From a bacterium (GTDB lineage Bacteria; UBA8248), in assembly GCA_963692865.2 (NCBI GenBank), contig OY843592.1:2048001-2112000 (forward strand): DNA of 64,000 nucleotides. Direction: 5' to 3'. Below, in pieces: positions 41,340 through 49,457 of this stretch; within the stretch, counting starts at the first letter, position 1; the number at the start of each line of letters is the position of its first letter. A program made the translations under genes and the position numbers. The notes under the pieces were generated by a model that saw only the letters and a program-made list of their open reading frames with translations, searched no databases and was not told where the DNA came from.

Positions 41340-41824
41340 CTATGCTATTTCTCTCAAATCAAGTTGGTTAATAACTTGGAGCCGATGATTGCCAGACACG
41401 TCCTCGTTTATTTTCCGCAGGACACTGAGTGATATTTGTCTCTGTCCGTTAGATTGTAATTTGCCTGTCTTCTGCCAAGGTTTCATGCCAGGACCGTTAT
41501 AGACAATTTCAAGTTCGTGTTCGGGAGTCAGTCTAAGCACAATGAGGTGCTCAGGTTCGCTCGACATTGCAACGCCTTTATTTCCTTGCGTGAATTTGAT
41601 CTGAACGAACGTCCCTTGTTTTGTCTTGGCACGTGCGTTTGGGTGGAATTCTCTAATAGCTTCAAATCAAATACGTATGCGGCGATGACTTCACCAATAC
41701 TGCCGACCAGATGACCATCCAACGTAAACTTACGGTTTGGAAATAAAGTTTCCAGTTCGGCAACCGTCTTATAAAGGTTTTTTAATAACCTGCCTAAATC
41801 ATTCCATTTCTATTCTTTTCTCAC
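41340..41824 (-). pseudogene. DUF6998-like putative PD-(D/E)xK nuclease, disrupted
   Basis: FTLDGHLVGSIGEV, H[D]AK...VQIK, EIVYNGPG; in-frame TAG at 41810-41812 and a 1-nt deletion at about 41631; AT-rich. Confidence 0.75.
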
Positions 41825-41882
41825 GCTAGAAAGCCTTGGTATGAGAAAGGACTGAGGGGCGGACGATGTATCGAGAAAACCT

Positions 41883-41957
41883 TGGCTCCGGCGGTAGGAT
41901 TCGAACCTACAACCCATCGGTTAACAGCCGATTGCTCTGCCGTTGAGCTACGCCGGA
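41883..41957 (-). tRNA. tRNA-Asn(GTT)
   Basis: TCCGGCGTAGCTCAACGGCAGAGCAATCGGCT-GTT-AACCGATGGGTTGTAGGTTCGAATCCTACCGCCGGAGCCA; cloverleaf, encoded CCA. Confidence 0.98.
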
Positions 41958-42022
41958 GTGAGAGGCGTTGCGCTTGAGTCTGGATTCTACCGGATTCGGC
42001 GCCAACTCCCAAGCGTAAGGGG

Positions 42023-42052
42023 GTTATAGGGAAGCGGGCTTAAGGTTGTCAA
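42023..42052 (-). promoter_or_regulatory. promoter for tRNA-Asn
   Basis: TTGACA-N18-TATAAC on the minus strand. Confidence 0.55.
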
Positions 42053-42073
42053 GGCTACCGGGTGAGCCGAAAA

Positions 42074-43021
42074 TCATACCGGCGCGGATAGTCTCTGCTT
42101 CTCTCTGCGAACCAGCGAATCTTCTTCGGCCAGCGCTCGGCGGATCGCTTCGCTCAGGCCGCAGGGGCGGATATCGAACATCCCCATGCCGCTCGGGTCG
42201 CCGACGGTCGTCTCGTTGCGGAGACTCTCGACGAGTTTGCGCCCGACCCTGGCGTAGAGCGGCGTAACCAGCGCGAGCCACAGGCTGGAGAGGCGCGGAG
42301 TGAGTACGGGCACGGCGATCATCATTCGCCTAAGCCCCCGCTGGCGGGCGTATTCCGCCATGATGTCCCCGTAGGAGGCGCGGTCGGCGCCGCCGATTTC
42401 CAGGACGAGGCTGCGGCCTGTGGGAGCGTCGAGAGCGGCGACGAGGTATTCGATCACGTCTTCTATGGAGATCGGCTGAGCGAGCGTGCGCACCCAGCGG
42501 GGCGTTACCATGACGGGCAGCCTCTCCACCAGCGCCCGGATCATCTCGAACGAGAGGCTTCCCGAGCCGATGATGATTGAGGCTCTGAGCTCTATCGTCT
42601 GCGCGCCGGAGTCCCGGAGAATGCGGCCTACCTCCTGCCTGCTCGCGAGGTGGTCGGACAACCCATCCTCGCTTCCCAGTCCGCCCAGATAGACGATGCG
42701 CTTAACACCCGCCGCCCGGGCCGTGGATGCGAACCCTTTTGCGGCTTGGCGGTCTTCTCGGGCGAAGTCTCCGCCCGACGCCATCGAGTGGACGAGGTAA
42801 TAGGCCGTGGATATACCGCGCATGGCCGCGGGTAGCGTCTCGGGTTTAAGGAGGTCGCCATGCACTACCTCTGTACTGGGCGCGACCTGTGGTTCGAGGG
42901 CTTCGGGGCGGCGGGCCAGGCACCGAAGCGCGCGTGATTCGGCTTCGAGGCGGCGCCTGAGCCTGCCGCCGATGTATCCGGTCGCTCCGGTCAACAGGAT
43001 CTTTTTGCGGTTTTCGGCCAA
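42074..43021 (-). CDS. atypical SDR / NAD(P)H-binding protein (YbjT-like, no C-terminal extension)
   Basis: TGATGYIG, YYLVHSM, HLASRQEVG, GSGSLSFEM; TTG start. Confidence 0.85.
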   Translation of the reverse strand: MAENRKKILLTGATGYIGGRLRRRLEAESRALRCLARRPEALEPQVAPSTEVVHGDLLKPETLPAAMRGISTAYYLVHSMASGGDFAREDRQAAKGFASTARAAGVKRIVYLGGLGSEDGLSDHLASRQEVGRILRDSGAQTIELRASIIIGSGSLSFEMIRALVERLPVMVTPRWVRTLAQPISIEDVIEYLVAALDAPTGRSLVLEIGGADRASYGDIMAEYARQRGLRRMMIAVPVLTPRLSSLWLALVTPLYARVGRKLVESLRNETTVGDPSGMGMFDIRPCGLSEAIRRALAEEDSLVRREKQRLSAPV

Positions 43022-43430
43022 TGTCGAACCCCCCGTCCCGTTGTTTCGATATGGCGGCAGGTCGTAGCGATATCCATCCGGGTTGGATGCGCCGCCGCGG
43101 GTTTTGAGAAGAAAAAATTTCGACAATCGGCGCCGGAGGGGAGATTTGACCGGAAGGCAGGGAGGCGCTGCGTTTGGTTATCGGGTTCGCTTGCCAGGTC
43201 ATTGAGCATGGGTAACTCTCCCCGGTCTTTCGCGGCGCGACTCCGAAATCCCCTGGGGACAGGGAGTCGGGAGCCAGTCTATACGAGTTGTCCGCCCAAG
43301 TGAAGAGAAATGAACCGTCGCGGAATTCGGGTTCCTGCGATAGCGGAACGATAAACGGCGCGTCGAGACGTCATGATCGTCAGGTTTGCGGGGTGTTCAG
43401 GGCGTATGGAGCAGGGGAAGCCGAACTGCG

Positions 43431-44795
43431 CTAGTCGAGCAGCACCCGCGGCAACCACATGGCGATTTCGGGGAAGACGATGACGAGCCCCAGTCCGATG
43501 AGCTGCAGCAACACGAAGGGGATGATCCCGCGGTAAATCTGCTGGAGGCGCACCTGGGGCGGGGCGACTCCCTTCATATAGAACAAGGCGAAGCCGAACG
43601 GCGGCGTGAGGAACGACGTCTGCAGATTGACCGCCATCAGAATCGAGAACCAGTAGATGACCTCGCTCTTGGGCAGGTGGTCGCCGAAATCCAGCTCGGC
43701 GAGGATCGGCGCGAACACCGGGAGCACGATGAGCGTGATCTCGATCCAGTCGAAGAAGAACCCGAGGAAGAACACCACCGCCATCAGGATCATGAGGATC
43801 CACCAGGGGTTGGTTCCCACCGAGTAGATCACGTCCTGAATGAAGTCGTCGCCGCCGAGCGAGCGGAAGACGTAGGAGAAGGCGGTCGCGCCGACGAAGA
43901 TGAAGAACAGCATCGCGTTGGTGAGCGAGGTGCGCTCGACCACGTCTTTCAGGACCGACCAGGTCAGCTGCCGGTTGACGATGGCGAGCAGGGTCGCTCC
44001 GGCCGCCCCGACCCCGGCCGCTTCGGTGGGCGTCGCCCAGCCAGCGACGATCGACCCCAGGACCAGTACGATCAGGAACACCGCCGGCACCAGGCCCTTG
44101 AGCAGCAGCAGGATCAGTTCGCCCGACGTCTGCGGACCCATCTCCTTGGGCAAACGCGGCGCCAGACTGGGCTTCAGCGCGCACCTCGTGAAAATGTAGG
44201 CGAAGTAAAGCCCCGACAGTATCAGGCCGGGGAAGATGGCCGCGACGAACAGGGTTCCCACCGAACGACCGAGAAGATCGGCCATGATGACCAGCATGAT
44301 GCTGGGCGGTATCAGGATCCCGAGCGTACCCGAGGCGGCGATGGTGCCGGTCGCGAGCTCCATGTTGTACTCGCGCTCGACCATGACCGGCAGCGCCATC
44401 AGGCTGATCATCACCACTGACGCGCCGATGATGCCGGTCGTCGCCGCGAGGATCGTGCCCATGACCGTGACGGCGAGCGCCAGCCCGCCCGGCGTGCGCC
44501 GCAGCACCACCTGGAGGCAGTACAGGAGATTGGCGGCGACGCCGGAGCGTTCCAGCATCGTCCCCATGAAGATGAACATCGGGATCGCCACCAGCACCAG
44601 GTTGTCGGCGAAACCCCAGATGCGGAGCACGAGGTTGAAGAACTCGACCTGGGAGAAGACCTCGAAATACATGCCGATGAAGCCGAAGGCGAGACCCACG
44701 CCCCCCAGTACGAATCCGACCGGGAAGCCCGAGAACAGGAGAACCGCCAGAGTGATAAACATGCAAGCCGGCAGGTAGTCCTCGATATAGAACAT
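43431..44795 (-). CDS. dctM: TRAP transporter large permease
   Basis: LVAIPMFIFMG, SGTLGILIPPS, FFDWIEI, TPPFG. Confidence 0.93.
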   Translation of the reverse strand: MFYIEDYLPACMFITLAVLLFSGFPVGFVLGGVGLAFGFIGMYFEVFSQVEFFNLVLRIWGFADNLVLVAIPMFIFMGTMLERSGVAANLLYCLQVVLRRTPGGLALAVTVMGTILAATTGIIGASVVMISLMALPVMVEREYNMELATGTIAASGTLGILIPPSIMLVIMADLLGRSVGTLFVAAIFPGLILSGLYFAYIFTRCALKPSLAPRLPKEMGPQTSGELILLLLKGLVPAVFLIVLVLGSIVAGWATPTEAAGVGAAGATLLAIVNRQLTWSVLKDVVERTSLTNAMLFFIFVGATAFSYVFRSLGGDDFIQDVIYSVGTNPWWILMILMAVVFFLGFFFDWIEITLIVLPVFAPILAELDFGDHLPKSEVIYWFSILMAVNLQTSFLTPPFGFALFYMKGVAPPQVRLQQIYRGIIPFVLLQLIGLGLVIVFPEIAMWLPRVLLD

Positions 44796-44807
44796 GCGCA
44801 GGCGCCT

Positions 44808-45386
44808 CTAACTCTGCCCGAGCCGGTCGATCGGCTCGCTCGCGCGCTCTTCCTTCCGGGGGAGGAGTTCGCGGAGGTCCGCCGGGCCGAACAACTCGAT
44901 GATCTTGCGCAGTAGGATGGTGATACCCGACAGGAGCAGAACGAACAGACCGATCGGCAGGCACGCCTTGATCGCCCACCGATAGGGAAGGCCGGTCGCG
45001 GAGTCCGAGGCCTCGCCGACGGCCCACGATCTCGCGACGAAGTCTTCGGCGAAATAGGTGACGATGAGGCAGTAGGGGATCACGAACACGATGCAGCCAA
45101 TTAACTCGATCCAATCCTTGGCGCGCGTACTCAGCCGTTCACGGAGCAGGTCGATCCGCACGTGGGCGTCTTCGATATAGGTGAAGCCGATGCAGAGCAG
45201 GAACAGGACTGCGTGCAGGTGCCATTCGCCCTCCTGTAGCTTGGTGGATCCCAGCACCAGAAAGCGCCGGGTAACGACGTCGAATATGATGACGACCATC
45301 AGCGGAATCGAGAGCCAGGCGCTGAACTTTCCGACGCCGATCACGATCCGGGCGAGAAAATCCTGTATTCGAAACAGTTGCCGCAT
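44808..45386 (-). CDS. dctQ: TRAP transporter small permease
   Basis: 4 TM segments, LQE.EWH, HVRIDL. Confidence 0.92.
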   Translation of the reverse strand: MRQLFRIQDFLARIVIGVGKFSAWLSIPLMVVIIFDVVTRRFLVLGSTKLQEGEWHLHAVLFLLCIGFTYIEDAHVRIDLLRERLSTRAKDWIELIGCIVFVIPYCLIVTYFAEDFVARSWAVGEASDSATGLPYRWAIKACLPIGLFVLLLSGITILLRKIIELFGPADLRELLPRKEERASEPIDRLGQS

Positions 45387-45414
45387 GAATAGGCTTCCCG
45401 GCGCAGCATACGCG

Positions 45415-45455
45415 AAAAAGGCGCCGGAACCGTGACCGTTACGGTTCCGGCGCCT
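45415..45455 (-). terminator. intra-operon hairpin/terminator between dctP and dctQ
   Basis: AGGCGCCGGAACCGT...ACGGTTCCGGCGCCT 15-bp stem with a T tract on the minus strand. Confidence 0.75.
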
Positions 45456-45498
45456 GTGGGTTTTTCAAGCGAGACGGCTGAGCGCCGTCACATCGGTA

Positions 45499-46560
45499 TT
45501 ACCTGAGGTAGCCGAGATCCTTCCAGACAGCGTATTCCTTGCGGAAGGCGCTGTAGGATTCCCAGACCTTCTTGAAGTTCGCGTCGCGCGCGGCGTCCGC
45601 AGCGGCGACTTCGGCCCATTTCTTCTCGAGCGTGTCCAGGATCGACTGGGGCCAGCGATGAATCGTCACGCCCTTCTTCTTGAGTTCGATCAAAGCCTTG
45701 CCCTGAATGGCCTCGCCCTCGGCGAGCCCCTGGCGGAACGCGTCGCCGCACGACACCTCAATCTGCGCCCGCTGGGTATCGGTGAGCGCGTCCCACTTCT
45801 TTCTGTTCAACAACAGTTCGAATACCGTGGACTGCTGGTGCCAGCCGGGGAAGTAGTAGTGCTTCGCCACCTGGTAGAAGCCGAGGTTGAGGTCGATCGC
45901 CGGCATCGAGTATTCCGTCGCGTCGATGGAGCCGCGCTCGAGCGCCGGGAAGATGTCGCCGCCCGCGATGAGCTGGGTGGAAACGCCTATTTTTTCCATC
46001 ACCTTGGCGCCGAGACCGAAGAAACGCATCTTCAGGCCCTTCAAGTCGTCGATGCTCTTGATCTCCTTGCGGAACCAGCCCGACGCTTCGGGCGCGATGA
46101 CGCCGCAGGGCAGCGATTTCAGGCCATGCTTCTTGTAAATTTCGTCCCAGAGCTTGTAGCCGCCGCCGTAGAAAATCCAGCCCATATATTCGCCGGCCCT
46201 GGGGCCGAAGGGGACGGCGGCGAACATGGCGAGCGCCGGCTCCTTGCCGTACCAGTAGCCGGGCGTCGACCAGCACGCATCCACCGAGCCCTTCGCCACG
46301 GCGTCGAAGCACTCCTTGGCCGGAATCAGCGCGCCGGGCTCGAAGAACCTGATTTTGATGTTGCCGCCCGAAACCCTGTCCAGACGGTCGACCATGGCTT
46401 TGCCCATCGAGCCGAGCTGGGTCAATTTGCTCGGGAACCAACTCGCCATTTTCCAGCGTATGCGCTTCGCGGCGTCCGCTTCGCCGACGCCCGACGCCGC
46501 CAGCGCGACGCTCAGCGCACAGATCATGAATCCGATCGTCATAAGCTTCCTGGTCGCCAT
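45499..46560 (-). CDS. dctP: TRAP substrate-binding protein (TakP/alpha-keto-acid-like)
   Basis: Signal peptide, WKMAS, GWFRKEI..DDLKGLKMR, YYFPGWH. Confidence 0.92.
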   Translation of the reverse strand: MATRKLMTIGFMICALSVALAASGVGEADAAKRIRWKMASWFPSKLTQLGSMGKAMVDRLDRVSGGNIKIRFFEPGALIPAKECFDAVAKGSVDACWSTPGYWYGKEPALAMFAAVPFGPRAGEYMGWIFYGGGYKLWDEIYKKHGLKSLPCGVIAPEASGWFRKEIKSIDDLKGLKMRFFGLGAKVMEKIGVSTQLIAGGDIFPALERGSIDATEYSMPAIDLNLGFYQVAKHYYFPGWHQQSTVFELLLNRKKWDALTDTQRAQIEVSCGDAFRQGLAEGEAIQGKALIELKKKGVTIHRWPQSILDTLEKKWAEVAAADAARDANFKKVWESYSAFRKEYAVWKDLGYLR

Positions 46561-46780
46561 TCGCAGTTCCCTCCTTTCGAGTTGGCGCGTATTTATGCAG
46601 AGACATTCATCTCAACCATTGAGACGACGCTCTGATTCCTGTTGCGCCAGATACCCACTATTGATGTGTTCGATGTGTCGAATACATTCTATTCATCGTT
46701 CGCCCGCTGTCAAGGGGGCCGAAATCGGGTGTCAGTGATTACCGGAGGCGCGGGCGGGCTTCTCGAGGTCCGCGTGCCCG

Positions 46781-47590
46781 TCAGAAGCCGTAATAACGCG
46801 GGTAGCCCTGCTTCTCCCAGAACCCGCCCATGTCCTCGTTCGTGAAGAAGACGTAGCGCAGGAATTTCGCGCTCTTCCAGCCCACGTTGGTCGGCGAGGC
46901 GAGGCGCAGCGGCGCGCCGTGCTGCAGGGGCAGCGTCTCGCCGTTGTATTCATAGGCGAGGACGTTTTGGGGGTGCATCGCCTGCTTGAGATCGAACGTC
47001 ACGCTGTAGCGCTCGTGCCCGTTCGCGGTGGCGAGCATGTCGTCGCACAGGAAGAACACGTAGCGGCTCTCGGGCCGGATGTCGTGCATTTCGATGAAGC
47101 GCGCCAGGTGCACCCCCCGCCAGTGGCAGATGGCGCTCCAGCCCTCCACGCAGATGTGCTCCACCGTCTGCTCCAGCACGGGCATCGCGCGAAGCTGCGC
47201 AAGCGTGTATTCCCGCACCCAGCGGCGCTTCATCATCCGGCCGTTCCTGAGATGGGCCTCCCCAACGACGAGCCGCCATTCCTCCGGCGGCGTCTCGATG
47301 AGCCGGGAGTTCGGCGTGACCACCGATCCATTGGGCCGCATCTGTTCGGGCTGGACGGCGCTTCTGGGATAGGTGCGCGCCAGGCGGTGGTTGCTGTCCG
47401 TCAAGAGGCCCACCTTGTGGTTCAATCTATCGAACCAGCTCAGCACGGCCTGCGCGCCGGGCGAATCGTCCAGGCGCGAGCATCCGGCCATGAAGGCGGA
47501 TGCGAGGCCAAGGAGCATCTTCATGAATCCGCGCCTGGACGACGCCGGTTTATCCTCGCTGGAGACGTTTCTTTCTTCGTCTCTATTCAT
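46781..47590 (-). CDS. molybdopterin-dependent oxidoreductase, sulfite-oxidase family (MsrP/YedY-like), Tat-exported
   Basis: SRRGFMK Tat motif followed by AGC; HICVEGWS, HGAPLRL, GWKSAK, GGFWE..GY; ATGA overlap with the upstream gene. Confidence 0.9.
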   Translation of the reverse strand: MNRDEERNVSSEDKPASSRRGFMKMLLGLASAFMAGCSRLDDSPGAQAVLSWFDRLNHKVGLLTDSNHRLARTYPRSAVQPEQMRPNGSVVTPNSRLIETPPEEWRLVVGEAHLRNGRMMKRRWVREYTLAQLRAMPVLEQTVEHICVEGWSAICHWRGVHLARFIEMHDIRPESRYVFFLCDDMLATANGHERYSVTFDLKQAMHPQNVLAYEYNGETLPLQHGAPLRLASPTNVGWKSAKFLRYVFFTNEDMGGFWEKQGYPRYYGF

Positions 47591-47877
47591 GGCTTCTCTC
47601 CGGGAGACTCCGGCGGCGGCTTCAATACCTTGATGACGACGGGCGCGATGATGGGTACGGCCAGTACGAGAGAGGTCGGAAACAAGATGCAGGCCCAGGC
47701 CAGAAACCCGAACCCGAAGCGCGTGAGCCAGGCCATCGGCCCGCTCAGGAGATAAGCGGCGACCACGGCCAGAAGCGCGTTGATGCAGACGACGCTCAAC
47801 ACCAGCCTGCCCGCGAACAGCCTGCGCTTCGCCAGTCGTGTCGGCAGCACGAATTCCGTTTGATCTTCCGTGCCCAT
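47587..47877 (-). CDS. small 2-TM membrane protein
   Basis: Two hydrophobic segments; tightly coupled within the operon. Confidence 0.7.
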   Translation of the reverse strand: MGTEDQTEFVLPTRLAKRRLFAGRLVLSVVCINALLAVVAAYLLSGPMAWLTRFGFGFLAWACILFPTSLVLAVPIIAPVVIKVLKPPPESPGEKP

Positions 47878-47880
47878 CTC

Positions 47881-48873
47881 TCAGCTTCCCGCTTTCGCCT
47901 TGCGCCACAGGTTCCCGACGCGACGTCCGCGCATGAGACCGAAGCGAAAAAGGAGATAGCCCGGCGCGCCGAACCAAAGTCCCTGGGCCTCGCCGCCCAA
48001 AGCCGCGTTCATCATATCCGCAACGAGGCTACCAAGCCAGAAGGAAACCACCAGGATCGCCGCCTCCTCGGCGGCGCGCCCGAGATTTCTGGCGAATTGC
48101 CTTTGTCTGGCCCGAAAGGCGTCGCGCTCCGCCTTGACGCCGACGATCATGGGCGCGAGTCCGCGCCGCCATCCGTGGGATATCACCATGAGGAAATGGC
48201 CGATCATGAAGACGACGAGGAACAGCATCACCAGAAAATGGAGGAACCTGCTCGACTGATAACCCCCGAAAAGCCATGTCAACCACCCGAACTGGACGGG
48301 TTTCAGGATGGCGAGGCCCGTCAGGACGGTGAGCACGCCCGCCAGTACGACGACGTTGTACGCAATTTTTTGAATCGGGTTGAACTTCCCCTCTCCGGGG
48401 GAACGGTGAAAGGTCTTGATCGGGTGAAGGAGCATCTCCTTCGCGCCGGCGAAATCCGCTTTCTTAATCCGGTAGTGCCTCCCTTCTTCCGTCAGGAGGA
48501 GCAGGAGCAGGAAGATCAATCCGTTGATGGTGTAGGGCCACATGAGGGCGAAGTGCCAGCGCAGCGCGCCCGCGAGCCACCTTCCGATGCCGAAGGTCTT
48601 CGTGAGGCCCTGGACGAACACCCTGTAATCGGCGCCCAGGTTGACGGCGCGCGGGTCGGCCTGGGTTTCCGTCCCCCGCAGCGCTTCGAAGATGGCCTCG
48701 GGGTTGGGCCTGTCCGGCCCGAACGCGGGGTAGGCCCACCATATCTGAAGCCCGCTCGCCATCATCAGGAGCAGGAGGGGGACGTTCAGCCAATGGGTGA
48801 TCCTTAAGAGCGATGAATAGGGATATGCGGGGGCGTCCGGGGTTTTCGGGGTCGTTTCTTCGGTTTCCATCAT
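47881..48873 (-). CDS. cytochrome b/b6-domain membrane subunit (hydrogenase-cyt-b/YdhU type) with extra C-terminal TMs
   Basis: RITHWLN, WHF, FNPIQK.AY, RFLHF..GH. Confidence 0.88.
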   Translation of the reverse strand: MMETEETTPKTPDAPAYPYSSLLRITHWLNVPLLLLMMASGLQIWWAYPAFGPDRPNPEAIFEALRGTETQADPRAVNLGADYRVFVQGLTKTFGIGRWLAGALRWHFALMWPYTINGLIFLLLLLLTEEGRHYRIKKADFAGAKEMLLHPIKTFHRSPGEGKFNPIQKIAYNVVVLAGVLTVLTGLAILKPVQFGWLTWLFGGYQSSRFLHFLVMLFLVVFMIGHFLMVISHGWRRGLAPMIVGVKAERDAFRARQRQFARNLGRAAEEAAILVVSFWLGSLVADMMNAALGGEAQGLWFGAPGYLLFRFGLMRGRRVGNLWRKAKAGS

Positions 48874-49391
48874 TCGGCGAGCAGCTTCATGATCATCGCT
48901 TCGGTGCGCTCGTGATTGCCCTCGCCGATCGTCTTGAAGCGTACGACGCCCTTCTTGTCGATCAGGTATTTCGTGGGCCAGAAGCGGTTTTCATAGGCTT
49001 TCCAGTTGGTGAAGTCGTTGTCCATCACGACGCGGTATTTGATGCCGAGCTTGGCCATGGCGTCTGCGACGTTCTCTTTTTTCCTGTCGAAGTTGAACTC
49101 GGGCGCATGGTTCCCGATGACGACCAGCCCCTTCTCCTCATAGCGCTCGTGCCACGAACGCAGCGTGGGGATCTCCCGCACGCAATTGATTCAGGCGAAC
49201 GTCCACATGTCGAGGAGAACGACCTTGCCGCGCAGGTCGGCGAGTTTCACGGGTTCGCCGCCCAGCCAGGGACCGCCCTTGAACTCGGGCGCCTGCGCGC
49301 CGGGTCCGAGGCCCGATGCGCCCGCCTGGTAAAACGTCCAGAAAACGGCGAGAAGGGCGACGGCGATGATGCAGGTGAGGGTTCGCTTCAT
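48870..49391 (-). CDS. TlpA/DipZ-like exported redoxin, probable selenoprotein (UxxC)
   Basis: The 49191-49391 and 48870-49181 ORFs are in frame: LRGKVVLLDMWTFA-TGA-INC-VREIP...HAPEF...DND...NRFWP; TGA at 49191-49193. Confidence 0.85.
49163..49183 (-). promoter_or_regulatory. candidate bacterial SECIS hairpin
   Basis: GCGTG-C-GGG-AGAT-CCC-CACGC starting 7 nt after the in-frame TGA. Confidence 0.6.
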
Positions 49392-49457
49392 CGTGATCTC
49401 CTGGGAACAAGACGGCCTGAGAACACTTTAGGAGAAGGTTTGAGCGGATGCAAATAC

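Noticed and set aside
39431-41882. Intact integrative element or prophage at tRNA-Asn
   Set aside because: No integrase and no duplicated tRNA 3' end found
43130-43430. Riboswitch or ncRNA between dctM and the YbjT-like gene
   Set aside because: Some pairing potential but no family motif I can support; an Rfam search would be needed
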